Numbered from the stretch's first letter, positions 11,780 to 26,076 are shown. The stretch: 64,000 bases of DNA from Eledone cirrhosa (GCA_964016885.1 OZ024752.1:9548001-9612000), one strand, 5' to 3'. The notes: a model not told the origin generated them from the sequence alone. Numbers and translations are program-made.

Positions 11780-12253
11780 TTTGAAAGTCGCACCCTTCGT
11801 AAAGACCTGAAAATCCGCCACTTCATTACTGTAGTGGAGTCTGTGCTGCTGTACGGGTCTGAGACTTGGACACTGACCAAGAAACTCACTCAGATGGTGG
11901 ATGGGTGCTACACGAGAAAGCTGAGGATGGCTCTGAACATTAATCAGTATACACTGAGGATGAAAAGCTCAGAGCTGTATGGGAGCATCCCAAAAGTCAG
12001 CTCAAAAGTGACACAGAGGAGATTGAGGTTAGCTGGACATGCTCACCGACAACCAGAGTTGACACTGCACTCAGTGCTCCCGCGGGAGCCCCTACATGGA
12101 CACACTGGAAGAGGAAGACCAAGGTTAACGTATGTTGATGCCCTAAGGACAGACACTGGTCTGTTGGAGACGCAGGACATGGCAGCGATAATGAGGGACA
12201 GAGACCGCTGGAGAGAACTCGTCCATGGATCTCGGGAATTTTACCCGCCGTAA
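11780..12253 (+). mobile_element. RTE-clade LINE 3' fragment (RT C-terminus)
   Basis: VESVLLYGSETWTLTK...DGCYTRKLRMALNI...RRLRLAGH..R...GRGRPRLTYVD...M.DRDRWR. Confidence 0.88.
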
Positions 12254-13510
12254 AATAGATCCAAAATATATACACATATATGGGACATATACTCATTTTT
12301 ATATACTACAGGTCTAGTCAAATGCAGGGAATTGATCATAGCTCGGCCATTGCCATTAATTCTTTTACTCCCAAAGGTAGGGTCTTACTCCCTTTAAGTC
12401 GGACTGAGCAGCCCTGATCGCCTAAACTTCCCATCTTCTAACATTTACATCTTTTCCATATCTTTGCTTCAATCATCTCCTCCTCTACCTCCTCATACTC
12501 CTCCTCCATCACCCTCACAGTTTCTGGTCCACTGTATTCTATACTTTGTAATATCATTGCAACTACATTTCCTTCCCCTTGTAACATCCTTACGACCACT
12601 TTTCCTCCCCTTATAATAATATCCCTAACAACAAAAGTCCTACTTCACATTTTCTCGAAATATCAGCCAACCAACCGAGTTTCATGTATACACCAAATTA
12701 TACATTAATTATGTTTTTCGCTACATGAAACTTTTATATAATTTAGCGAACACGTTTTACAATAATAGACCAATTTACATTACAGTACACTTAAGCAAAC
12801 CCATTTGAGGTTCTATCTTCGAATATAACTTTTAACTATCTATAAGTGATCCCCTGCAGTCTTTTGACAAAATCTTTTCTACTCATTATTATCATATAAT
12901 GTCTTTCAAATCTACCTCTTTGAGAAATATTAATAATTTACACAAATTCCTAGCATTCATTTACTAACATCTTTCTCTACTTGATATCATGTTATAAGCA
13001 GCTGCTGACTTATTTTCGATAAGTTATTTTCTATATGCTTTAGCGAGACCTGAAACAATGCTACTGGAGACTATCTACTTCGTATCTAACTTCTTACTGT
13101 CTCTAAATTACCTCTCCCTTCTCATCTTCTGTGATTCTATAAATATTTCTACACGTTTATATCCTTTTGCGTTATATAATATTTACCCTTTGGCACACCT
13201 CTTGTCTTCCTCTCATCACGGCATACATTCTACAATCTTTTCTGAAATATTCCTTTTAAGAGTTTTTCTTAAATTTGTTTATAATAAAACTTGACATTTC
13301 ATAAATGTGAATTAAGTACCTACTGGATTGTAATAACAAGCAAATAGCTGTGAAACAGGCATAAGGAAGCCCATTATTTTCTATAAACGCAGAGAATAAC
13401 TAAAGCGAATTCATCTCTGTTCAGATTTTATAGAGGGGATTATAATATAAAAACTGCCTCCATATACATTGAGATATTTCATACACACAGATACACGTGT
13501 GTATATATAA

Positions 13511-13550
<40 letters not shown>

Positions 13551-13554
13551 GATC

Positions 13555-13770
13555 GTTTTGGAAGCCTCAACAATGCAGATGGGTAAATCTCCGGGTAACA
13601 GAACCATGTGGTATTGAGAGAGATGTAGAATGAAACGTATAGGGTGTAGAGGAACGTAGGAAAGAGTGTAAAAATAATAACACACGATAGAGTTACCTTG
13701 GAAGTGATTTAATTGTCCCTATATTTCGGATTTCGTATCCATCAACTTGGGGTTTTCCGAGGGGGAAAGC
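13555..13770. repeat. Interspersed repeat, second copy at 25128-25355
   Basis: Shared ttttggaagcctcaacaatgcagatgggtaa...taattgtccctatatttcggatt...ccatcaact.ggggttttccg. Confidence 0.85.
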
Positions 13771-13840
13771 TTTTAGTCGGAGAGGGACAACACGTGGCGT
13801 CTGTTGTCTATCGTATGTGTACAACTCTCTTTCACTCTCT

Positions 13841-13876
<36 letters not shown>

Positions 13877-13881
<5 letters not shown>

Positions 13882-14068
13882 GAAAATGTATGACCTCGAT
13901 GGCAGAGCTCAAGCCGTTTCGACGGCTATTTGCGTCCAGAAATAGCCGTCGAAATGGCTTGAGCTCTGCCGTCGGGGTCATATATTTTCCTATTACCCAC
14001 TCTACTACCCTAAGTATTGAGTACTCTGGTGCGTTATGGTCCATCTGGTTTCTTACCACAACTCCTTC

Positions 14069-14072
<4 letters not shown>
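13877..14072 (+). mobile_element. Fold-back pLTR-like fragment carrying the 3' half of a hammerhead, in (TA)n
   Basis: Inverted arms 13877-13931 and 13940-13994. Same family at 35454-35586 (+) and 52835-52890 (-). Confidence 0.75.
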
Positions 14073-14131
<59 letters not shown>

Positions 14132-14145
14132 TATATATATTTTTT

Positions 14146-14350
14146 TTGAGGGCTGATGTTGTATTTTCCGTGGCAAACATTTGCACCGAAGGTATGTGTC
14201 GTCAGTTCCAAAAAGTGTGGTTGGTCCTACACAAGCCTTCACCACTTAAAACAAAACTTTGTGTGGGTAGTTCAACATCAGTTCGCTTTCTTACATTTAA
14301 CTTTTGTTGGACACTCATACGTCGGATATCGACGGGGGAGTCCATCATAT
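14146..14350 (+). repeat. Interspersed repeat ending at (TA)n; longer inverted copy at 33830-34145
   Basis: Near-identical blocks encode the same spurious peptides (MVKACVGPTTLFGTDDTYLRCKCLP). The 33.9-kb copy has about 110 extra internal bases. Confidence 0.85.
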
Positions 14351-15246
14351 ATATATATATACACACACACAAACACACGTGCGTTAGTTAACTGTGTAAC
14401 AGCAGCCACAGGGGGCGCATCAACGAAGCACTCGACGCTGATACGTTTCGAAACAATTGTAATATGCAAATAAAGTTTTTACATATGCTGCAACACTGAC
14501 TTCGACTCTATCTATCTATCTATCTATCTATCAGACAAACTTAGGAAAATTAACAAAGAGAGAACAAGACAACGAACGAAAACAAGGCAAAACAAAAACA
14601 ATTTTTTAAATGGGAAACCTTAAAAATTTTTTTTGAAAATGAAAATACAAACGAAAGACACAAAACTTCAGGTTAATCGGCTGTTGAGATGGACTTTAAC
14701 AGTTTTGACCCCTACTAACGGTACTACTGGTTCACCCGGGGTCATAGCGTCGGACACAAGCCAAAGCGTGGTCTATACGCACAAACACAAACCGATAGAA
14801 ACACAGAAAAACTCATTTAGATTAGAGTGAACAAAGATAATCTTTTTTCCAATTTTGTTTATTCATCTGCTTGAAAGAGAACGGAGAGAAAGCTTCACAT
14901 GTCTCAATAGATTTCTATTGTAATATATTTTAAAATATGGTCAATATTTTTTGTTAAGTTTAAAATCTTATTGTTTACAATCATTTCAATAACAATTTGA
15001 AAAACACGACTAGAATTATAATATTAATAGAAAGAAGATTTTTTTATTGTTCGATTATATTTCAACCTGATTGTATCACATGTTTTATTGTGTAGTAAAA
15101 TTTTAAGTGAACGTGTTCGTTTTTTATGATTCATATACCAATAGGAACCATTTATCATAGGTTGAATATATATCATCATAAGTATATTTCTTTTGATTAG
15201 TATCGAAGTGGGATCGCGTGTTTCCTGAGAGTTGATGAGGGTGAAG

Positions 15247-15580
15247 ACGTGTGTGTGTGTATTGTGTGACGTGCGTGATGTGGTGTGGTGTGTGGTGTGT
15301 GGTGTGGTGTGTGGTGTGGTGTGTGGTGTGGTGTGTGTGGTGTGTGGTGTGTGGTGTATGTGGTGTGGTGGTATGTGTGGTGGTATGTGTGGTGTGGTGC
15401 GTGGTGTGGTGGTATGTGTGGTGTGGTGGTGGTGTGTGGTGTGTGTGGTGTGGTGGTGTGGTGGTGTGTGTGGTGTGGTGGTGTGTGCGGTGTGTATGTG
15501 GTGTAGTGTAGTGTGTGTGTGTGTGGTGTATGTGGTGTAGTGTAGTGTGTGTGTGTGTGGTGTATGTGGTGTAGTGTAGT

Positions 15581-15638
<58 letters not shown>
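15247..15638. repeat. (GTGTG/GT)n compound microsatellite
   Basis: Direct reading. Confidence 0.95.
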
Positions 15639-15640
<2 letters not shown>

Positions 15641-15993
15641 CAACTAATCATGGGAGTACTCAATGCAAGGGGAGATGCAGAATGGGTATAGAACAGATTG
15701 AAAGAGGAGAAAGAGGACAAGGAGAGACGTGTTGGTACATAGAAGTGACAGGACGAAGGAAATAAAGAAAGGCGTTGTACGAGAAAAGTTCTCCTCATTC
15801 ACATCTCAAACGAGCAAAAGGGTTTCGTTTGATTTGAAACCATTTTGCTGGTTTGGGAGTTGATTGAGGGTGAAGTTATATGTTTGTGAACCACTAATCA
15901 TGGGAGAACTCATTACGTGGGGAGATGCAGAGTGGGTATAGAGATATGTAAAATCCTGACTGCGACGCCAAGCGGTTGGGATTTTGTATCTCT

Positions 15994-16043
<50 letters not shown>

Positions 16044-16211
16044 GATAGATAAGGTTTTGAAGTGTGATAAGTAATTAAGTATTACAGATGATTGAACAAT
16101 ATATATTATAGTCAACATATGTAGACAATTATAACAGAGAAACATATGTTAAAGCAAATAAATTCCTAATCTTTCTCGCCGATGTTTATATTTTTGTTGG
16201 TGTAATACTTG

Positions 16212-16245
<34 letters not shown>

Positions 16246-16984
16246 TTCTACAGCACTAGAACTGTTTCATGCGAAGGAAATAATCAGGAAATGCGACTGT
16301 CAATGGGATATGGTGGTATTTATACATTTTCTGTTGGTAGGGGAAGGTGTGTGTATGTATGTATGTATGTATGTATGTATGTATGTATGTATGTATGTAT
16401 GTATGTATGTATGTATGTATGTATGTATGTATGAGTGTAGCGTATTTTAATAGAAGCACCACTATATTAAACGTTTTAACTCGCAGCACATTATTAATAC
16501 GTATAACGATTGGTTAACCCTCGTATATCTACTTCTATTAAGTTCTGGGATCGATCAAATTCATTACCGTCTTTCCACTAATGTTTGCACTGTTGGTCTT
16601 GTGTTAAAAATAATTACCCATACCATTCCGCTTGACGTCAAGATAATAATTATAGCTAGGACCAATACTTTCCCTAATGACCGTATTAAACACTATTGTT
16701 TTTAACTTTAATTAATTAATTTTAAAAGGCTGTGATTTGGCAGAATCCTTTGAAATCCTTTGAATTTCGAGAAAAATGATTTCCATGTGCACAGAAACAA
16801 TAGTCGATAGCTCCTAATACTATTTTCCTAATTTCCGTATTTAAAACTATTGTCATTTCGGATATTGAAAATATTTGAACAGTTAGCTTTATAAATACAC
16901 GACAAGAATTGATTTATGATTTTTAGTCATCATTGTTTTATATTCTTCTTCTTGCTCGACGAGGGCTAGGATGACCCCGGCCTT

Positions 16985-17402
16985 GTTGAAGAAGAAGAAG
17001 AAGACAGGAAGAAGATGAAGAAAAAGAAGAAGACAAGAAGAAGAAGATGAAGAACATGAAGAAGAAGAAGACAAGAAGAAGAAGACAAGAAGAAGACAAG
17101 AAGAAGAAGACAGGAAGAAGATGAAGAAGAAAAAGAAGAAGACAAGAAGAAGATGAAGAAAATGAAGAAAATGAAGAAAATGAAGAAAATGAAGAAGGCA
17201 AAAAGAAGAAGACAAGAAGAAGGCAGGAAGAAGAAGATGAAGAAGAAAATGAAGAAGACAAGAAGAAGAAGACAAGAAAAAGACGAAGAAGAAGAAGACA
17301 ACATGAAGAAGAAGAAGACGAAGAAGAAAACGATGACGAAGAAGAAGAAGACAAGAAGAAGAAGACAAAAAGAAGACAAGAAGAAGACAACAAGAAGAAG
17401 AA
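16985..17402. repeat. Degenerate (GAA)n repeat
   Basis: Direct reading. Confidence 0.95.
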
Positions 17403-17842
17403 ATTGTTTTATATTAATTCCAGACAATATTTACTTAATAATTTGATCGATTTAGTTCAGTCGTGGCCCTGTTAAACACCTCATGAGAAACCAGCATTTT
17501 ATTAACATTTTGAAAGTACGGTGTAGAAATCCTGACTTCAAGTCTAATAACCCTGCAAATATATTGGTTCGTTATTTCCTTCATAATGTTTGGCAATCGT
17601 TTCTAAAGATTGCAGCAGTTGTCAGTTGAATCTGAACTGGTTGTCAGTCTGTCAGAGTAAAGTTATCTCTAAGGTCATATCTTGATATATTTAATTGTGA
17701 ACATACTTGCTAATCTTTCAGCTTCTAGCAAATCCAGGTTTGCTCCTGGATTGTTCATTATTAAGGTTTAATATAAGATTGACGATGGAATAATGTACAA
17801 CTGTAAAGGAATTTTACAGGAAACTATTATATCTGGACTAAA

Positions 17843-18470
17843 AATGTTTTCTTATATAGGCACAAGGCCAGCAATTTTGGGGGAGGGGTAAGTCGATTAA
17901 ATCGACCCTGGTACTTTATTTTATCGACCCCATGAGGATGAAAGGCAAAGTTAACCTCGGTGGGATTTGAACTCAGATCATAAAGGGCCGTAACTATGCT
18001 GCAAAGCATGGCGCCCTACCCTCCACCAATCCACCGCCCTTATCTGGACTGAAAATATGGTCATTTGAATCTATTATTATTGGCAGTATCGGTAGAGGGG
18101 GAGGACGCTATGCTTTTCAGAATAGAGTTACGGCCCATTACGGTCTGAGTTCAATTCCTGCCGAGGTTAAATTTGCCTTTCACTCTTACGCGGGGGGGGG
18201 GGGTCGATAAAATAAAGTACCAGTAATGCACTGGGATAATTGCTGGCCTTGTGCCTAAAGTAGAAACTATGATAATGGTTTCTACTTTAGGCACAATGAC
18301 AGCAATTTGAAGGGGAGGGGAAAGTCGATTAAATCCAATCCAGTGCATTACTGGTACTTTATTTTATCGACCCCCTTAGGATGAAAAGCAAAGCTAACCT
18401 TGGTGGTATTTGAACTCAGACCATAAAGCATGTTGTCCGACGCTCTACCGATTCTGCCAATCCACCGCCT
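17843..18470. mobile_element. Three SINE family A copies: 17843-18040 (-), 18080-18270 (+), 18276-18470 (-)
   Basis: Consensus matches. The first copy has an imperfect TSD tatctggact(a/g)aaaat. Confidence 0.88.
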
Positions 18471-19701
18471 ATCTTAACTATAATAAAGGGAGGAGTGTGG
18501 GACAGCGTCTGTTTTATATTTTTTTCTATCCGGTTTGTAAAATAAGTTGGATTACTTTGAATAAATAATGAATGAATTTTACATAATTTACCTTCTAAAT
18601 TTCGTAGCTGTTGATTAAATATAAATAATTTGATTGCTTATTTTAAGATTCACTTCTTTAAAATTTCCAAATGTCAACACTTCCGGTTAGCGCCCGTTAT
18701 ATTATAACATTTATTACATCGCTTATATAAACATCATATATTTCCATCGCTAATTTTCTCCTTATGCAGTTTATATATAATATCGTCTCTTTTTAATGTA
18801 TCATGGATTCCTTTACTGATTACAGAAGAGAGTGTAACACAGTTTTTGTTCAAATTATGTGCATATTGTCAATTACGATTTCATTTGATGTATCATATCT
18901 ATGTGTATATATATTTGCGTATAATATCAATATACACACTACACATGCTAGCAGCAAACCACCTGTAGGGTGGTATTTCTGCTAGTTATTATAATGGAAG
19001 ATATTTCTTGAAGATATTACAACTTGAAATTCAAACAAGATGCAATTTAAAATACAATCCGGTGCAGCGTCAGTTGTCTGTAGGGAGTAAATGGCTTGTA
19101 CTTAGTGAAGGGTTTTTAGAACCTTGTGTTTGCGATTCCTGTATTATTATATGTTTGGGTTCAACGTAATATTGTTACATAAATCATCACTTAACAACAC
19201 TTGCATTTTTTACAACAAAGAAACTCATGAATTCATTTTTTAAAAGTTTTCTCTTAACGATAATAAAATAAATAAAAAGACGAAATACAAAACAAACAAA
19301 AAACAAAACATATATTAAAATAGAAAGCAATCAATTATGATTCAAGCAGTTAAATGATTTTCTTAAAGAATAATATGCAATAATATCTTTTTTTTCAATT
19401 TCAGACTTGATAAAATTAAAATGACATAATAGCTCAGGTGTTAAAATCTGTTTTTAAAACGTTAATATTGACATGATAAACTAATGGTATTTTGGGAATA
19501 TATTCCTGGAGTGTGAGAAAATCAAGATATGAATCAACATGGAATACACAAATAAGATGGCATGATAGCAACAATATGATAAAATCTACTTCTAGAATTT
19601 TCTCTTTTTATATAACATTCTGGGTATATAAATAATTATTTAGAGAGATTTCTTAACTTGATTAATTTCCAGTCTATCTCTGACATCATATATAAGGAAA
19701 A

Positions 19702-19931
19702 GAAATTGAAAATGTAACTGGAGTCTTTTAAGAATATTTATTAACTCTACCGGTTTCAGAGTTCTTATGATTTTCAACGCAAAAATGAAATTGAGCTGGA
19801 GGGTTTGTGTTTCAACAGAAACACAAACCTTCCATCTCAATTTTACTTTTTGTGTAGAAAATCATAAGAACTCTGAAACCGGTGGAGTAAATAAATATAC
19901 TTAAAAGACTCCAGTTGCATTTTCTATTTTC
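19702..19931. repeat. Long fold-back (about 112-bp arms, 4-nt loop) of a hammerhead-bearing short element
   Basis: Arms 19702-19813 and 19818-19931. Single-arm relative at 29325-29460. Confidence 0.85.
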
Positions 19932-20219
19932 ACTCGTGTGGGACATTTAAAAAAAACCTTACTTTCTAGGAAAGGGAAACTCTGGAAAAAAAAAACCTGC
20001 GGCTTCGGAAGCATCCGATGATGTTGACTGGTTCTCCTTTTCGGGTGGATTGGGATTGGTCGTGTGCGAGGCCTTTCCCCACTTAAAAAAAACATTCAAA
20101 GCACAAGCATTGCTTGTTCAGGATATGTTAAGGTTTTGTGTGATTGGCCGTAGCCTAACAGTGCACCAAACTCTAATCCTCCAAGCAATTGCAGTACGCT
20201 TAGCTGAGTTTGCAGCCAT

Positions 20220-21338
<1,119 letters not shown>

Positions 21339-21609
21339 ACTGGATAAAACTAGCAATGCCAGCCAACAACAAAGATAGTTGTAGGTGTTTGTTTAACTTG
21401 AAAGACTAAAATTAACCACATTTTAATCAAAGTATATACATCATCTTAAAAAACTTTAGACACGTTAGATTATATAGTTCAAGAGATGCAGGAAAAATGA
21501 CTGGAAGGCTGTAGTTTTAATGTTTTTTTATCATAACTATGCTCAACCAGTGTTAAGCCTGGATTAAATAATAACCGCCAATGATCACAATTTTTTGTGT
21601 TGTTTCTTT

Positions 21610-22415
21610 AGCTGTATCAAGTGGAATATTTCTCGTTTAACTGATCTGGATTTTGCAGATGGCATTGCCCTTCTCGGCGAATCAGAACAGTCAATGTAGA
21701 TGTTGACCGACAACCTGGTAAGTAATACTGCTAAAGTTGGGCTAAGGATCAGCTTAGAAAAAAATCAAAGGTTATGTTAGTGAAAGAAGAAAACCCTATC
21801 AACATAAAGTAAATAACATACGTTCAGATGAGGTTTAAAGGTTCACCTACCTGGATGGCAGCATTTCCAACATGGGTGACACGGAGCAAGATGTTCTGAG
21901 CAGAAGTGAAAAAGTAGGTTCAATCTTTGAGAGGCTTAAAACAGCTGGTAATCTAATCAGATGACTCTCAAAAGCAAGATAGTTGTGTACAGTTCTCTGG
22001 TCATCCCATTTGCCACCCACGGAAGTGAAACATGGAAGATGACAGCAAGACTTGCTCACAAGCTAGATTTATTCCATCAAATGTGCCTCCGAAATTTTTT
22101 TAACATTTTGTGGCAAGAAAAATAAACAATGAAGAAGTCTTTGGGAGAACCAAGCAGAAACCACGAAGCATCACAGTGAAAGATCGTTGTCTGAGATTTC
22201 TTGGACATGTCTTTAAAATGTCATCACCAAGACATGTAAGGTTCTCCCTTGACTGGAAACACGGACGTCCATTAACAACATGGAAGAGGACAGTCCTGAA
22301 GGATAGAGATGTGGAGGAACTGAGCTGGGAGGATGCCAAATCTCTTGTAGAAGACAGCAGAGGATGGAGATCTTTTATTGCTGCCCAATATTTCACGTGG
22401 AAGGGAAGGACCTAA
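21610..22415 (+). mobile_element. RTE-clade LINE fragment (RT domain 5 to C-terminus), decayed
   Basis: LTDLDFADGIALL, KVGLRISLEK, FTYL.GSIS, ETWKMT...LDLFHQKCLR, NEEV..RT.Q...I..KDRCLRFLGHV..M...GRP.TTWKRTV.KD...WRSFIAA. Confidence 0.85.
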
Positions 22416-22479
22416 AAAAACAAAACAAAACAAAAAAATAATTTCCTGTGGAAAAACTATATAGAATGTTCTATACTTG

Positions 22480-22890
22480 GACAAAGTTAATGCAAGAAAC
22501 AGCGGCTAGCTGAAGAATCTAAAAAAACTGTCCATGAATCCAGTAGATATATGAAGATGAGTATTGGAATAGACAAAGGCTCGAATATCGCTTCAGATTC
22601 TGAACTCAGACATCAGAATATAATCTCGCTGCTGGGGAGATTATATGCTAAATACTTGTGGAGTACATTGGTAGTTATAGAATATAACAGACATACGTGA
22701 CAATTAGAAAATTAAGAAAGAATTCTCCAGAAGAGTCAAGTTAATATTAAAGACAGAATTTAACCACAGAAATAAAATTAAATACATTAAAAGACTAGAC
22801 ATTCCTGTCATTAAGTACATCATAAATATAATGTAATGAGTGTTATATAAAATAAAGAGTCTAGACCGGAAGATGAGAAAGTTACCCTAT
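22480..22890 (+). mobile_element. R4/Dong-like LINE RT thumb fragment
   Basis: KIKKEFSRRVKLILKTEFNHRNKIKYIKRLDIPVIKY...SLDRKMRKL. Confidence 0.6.
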
Positions 22891-23424
22891 GTTTTCCGAG
22901 CAGTTCTAAGTTATGTTTATTCCATGAAAGATTTCTAGGATGTTAACATCTCAAAAGATATCTAATTTTTTGACATAACCTGATTTAAAAATGTTTATTT
23001 AAGGGCACCAAAAAGATTTTTAATGTAATCTTCCATTAACATACAAAACTTTGAGGAGTTTACAAATATAAATATTTCGTAATAAGGGTATTAATCCTGA
23101 GAAGCATGCTGACTATGACAGACCTGTCAACTCTCCCCGTTCGTCAGGGAGATCTCCCACCCACTTTTGGGTGGATGAAAGATGTCTTCTCTTGTGAAAA
23201 TGGGTATAGATTTCATTATGTAAAATCTCCACATTTTGCTTCATCTCTCCCCGTTTTGGGACAATTTCTTCATGGTAATCCTTGTTTGCGCTTTTAGAGG
23301 TTGGCAGGTCCGGTATTGTGATGAAAACTTCCATTAACATATAAGGCGTACACTACGAGGAGTTTACACATATAAATATATCGTAACGAGGATATTAATT
23401 CTGAGAAACATACTGACTATTATA

Positions 23425-23610
23425 ATTGTTTCTACTTTTGGCACATGGCCAGCAATTATCCCAGTGTATTACTGGTACTTTATTTTATCGACCCCGTAAG
23501 GATGAAAGACAAAGTTAACCTCGGCGGGATTTGAACTCAGACCATAATGGGACGTAACTAGTGTTAGAAAGCATGGCGTCCGACCTTCTACCGATACTGC
23601 CAATCCACCA
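23425..23610 (-). mobile_element. SINE family A with TSD attataat, inside a ~300-bp tandem duplication (23030-23670)
   Basis: Consensus match; the flanks rejoin to match 23030-23172. Confidence 0.85.
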
Positions 23611-23877
23611 TTATAATGATGTCAACTCTCTCCGTCCGTATGTGGAGTCCTCCCACCCACTTTGGGGCACTTTGTTCGTTGTACTTCCCGTTTGGGCTTT
23701 TAGTGTTTGGCAGGCCTGCTATTACAATGATGAACACAGTGCAACATCAAGTCTTTATGAACAAAACGAATAATTTTATACCTTAAAGATAACTACCACA
23801 TGTAGAAGGTCTTGTAAAGTATGAAAACATGGAGTCTGAGGAAGAGTGTTTGGTAAAATAAGGAAACATGAAGGAAC

Positions 23878-24545
23878 GACAACAACAACATCAGCAACAG
23901 CAATAACAATAACAACAGCAACAGCAACAACAAAAACAGCAACAACAATAACAACAGTAACAGCAACAACAGCAACAACAATAACAACAGTAACAGCAAC
24001 AACAATAACAGCAACAACAATAACAACAGTAACAGCAACAACAATAACAACAGTAACAGTAACAACAGCAACAACAATAACAACAGTAACAGCAACAACA
24101 ATAACAGCAACAACAGTAACAGCAACAACAGCAGCAACAATAACAGCAGCGGTAACAACAATAACAACAGCAGTAACAGGTAACAGGAAACCAAAAGAAA
24201 CAGGAACAGGAAACCAAAAGAAACAGGAACAGGAATCCAAAAGAACCAAGGACAGGAAACCAATATAAACAGGAAACCAAAAGAATCAGGAACAGGAAAC
24301 CAAAAGAATCAGGAACAGTAAACCAAAAGACCCAGGAACAGGAAACCAAAAGACCCAGGAACAGGAAACCAAAAAACCCAAAGACAGAAAACCAACATAA
24401 ACAGGAACCCCAAAGACCCAGAAACAGGAAACCAAAAGACCCAGGAACAGGAAACCAAAAGAACCAAGGACAGGAAATCAACATAAACAGGAACCCAAAA
24501 GAAACAGGAACCCAAAAGAAACAGGAACAGGAAACCAAAAGACCC
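23878..24545. repeat. (AAC/AGC/AAT)n trinucleotide array followed by a degenerate ~23-bp minisatellite (aacaggaaaccaaaagacccagg)
   Basis: Direct reading. Confidence 0.9.
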
Positions 24546-24577
24546 ATCTATGGTATTTGTTTTAATGTAGAAACTGT

Positions 24578-24842
24578 CAGAGGGAGAGAGGGAGAGGGAG
24601 AGAGAGGGGGAGATAGAGAAGAGAGAGAAGGAGATAGAGGGGGAGGGAGAAGGAGAGAGAGAGGGAGAGGGAGAGAGAGAGGGAGAGGGAGAAGGAGAGG
24701 GAGAGAGAGAAGGAGAGAGAAGGAGAGAGAAGGAGAGAGAGAGAGAAAGAGAGAGAGAGAGAAAAGGAGAGAGAGAGAAGGAGAGAGAGAGAGACAAAGA
24801 GAAAAAGAGAGAGAGAGAGAGAGAGAGCGAGCGAGAGAGAAA
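24578..24842. repeat. (GA/GGA)n polypurine tract
   Basis: Direct reading. Confidence 0.9.
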
Positions 24843-25727
24843 GGCCATGTTAGGATCTGTACAAGATATTTGTTGTAATGCAGAAACTATCAGTCTGATA
24901 GAGAGACCATGTTGAAACCAATCTTTAAAAAACTACCAAGATTGAAAGTTCAATATATGATTACAGGTCTACTAAAAATATCGAACATCTTTGAGTATTT
25001 GGAAACTAGGAAAAGATTCAAACACAGAACCTTCTGTTTTACAGTTTCCCTTGTTTCCTATTGTCCCTTCGTTATCCATAATCTACCTCCTTCAATATTA
25101 ATATTTTAAGATTTATTTTCTTTTGGTCGTTTTGGAAGCCTCAACAATGCAGATGGGTAAGTCTCCGGGTAACAAGATCCGGTGGTGAAGAGAGAGATGT
25201 AGGGGAATGTAGAATGAGATGTATAGTGTGTAGAAGAACGTAGGAAAGAGTGTAAAAAATAAAAATAATAACACGGGATAGAGTTACCTTGGGAGATATT
25301 TAATTGTCCCTATATTTCGGATTCACATCCATCAACTGGGGGGTTTTCCGGGGGAATATTTTAAATTTTATCTTTATTTTATTTTGTTTTTCCCCTTTAT
25401 TATTGGATTCACTTTGCCTTTCATCGTTACGGGGTCGATAAAATAAAGTACCAGTAATTGCTGGCCTTGTGCCAAAAGTAGAAACAATTACTTGTCTCAC
25501 TAGCTCTTTTTGATTACCAACTGTAAGGAATTTTTGATATTTCCTCTAGCTTGTCATGGCTTACTAGCTCTATACGAACGTTTAAATTGAATAAATAAAT
25601 AAATAAATAAATAAATATTAACACCGATGCTTCTACATGGTTGCTCGATCGGCTAGAATTAACAGTCAAAGTTCTCTCATCCGATCATACCATCTTAAAA
25701 AAAGAGAAAGAGGCGTGTATTAAGAAT

Positions 25728-26076
25728 AATTGTTTCTACTTTTGGCACAAGGCCAGCAATTACCTAGTGCATTACTGGTACTTTATTTTATCGACCACGT
25801 AAGGACGAAAGGCAGATTAACCTCGACGGGATTTGAAAGCATGGCGTCTAACCCTCTACCGATACTGTCAATTCCCCGTGTATTGAGAATAATTGTTGCT
25901 ACTTTTGGCACAAGGCCAGCAATTATCACAGTGTATTACTGGTACTTTATTTTATCGACCCCGTAAGGATGGAAGGCAAAGTTAACCTCGACGGGATTTG
26001 AATTCAGACCATAAAGGGACGTAACTATGGTAGAAAGCATGGCGCCCGACCCTCTACCGATATTGCCAAATCACCG
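25728..26076 (-). mobile_element. Two tandem SINE family A copies separated and flanked by the same 14-bp motif
   Basis: cgtgtatt(a/g)agaat at 25714, 25877 and 26075. Confidence 0.88.

Noticed and set aside
12420-13290. Possible decayed LINE ORF1 esterase on the minus strand
   Set aside because: Only vague residue patterns with many stops; not supportable by eye.
16889-17446. Lys/Arg/Glu-rich ORF
   Set aside because: Degenerate (GAA)n repeat.
18660-18700. Promoter suggested by an ETS-like acttccgg motif; splice-acceptor-like tracts at about 19404 and 36271
   Set aside because: Short motifs with no adjoining open exon or donor site; expected by chance.
23776-24547. Mucin-like poly-Thr, poly-Leu or poly-Cys ORFs
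   Set aside because: Trinucleotide repeat open in many frames; no signal peptide or splice evidence.
25300-25345. Hammerhead-like ggat-gtga-atcc-GAAA-tata-ggg on the minus strand (also 13710-13755)
   Set aside because: First core box does not fit CUGANGA or a covariant and stem III is too short; at most a relic.
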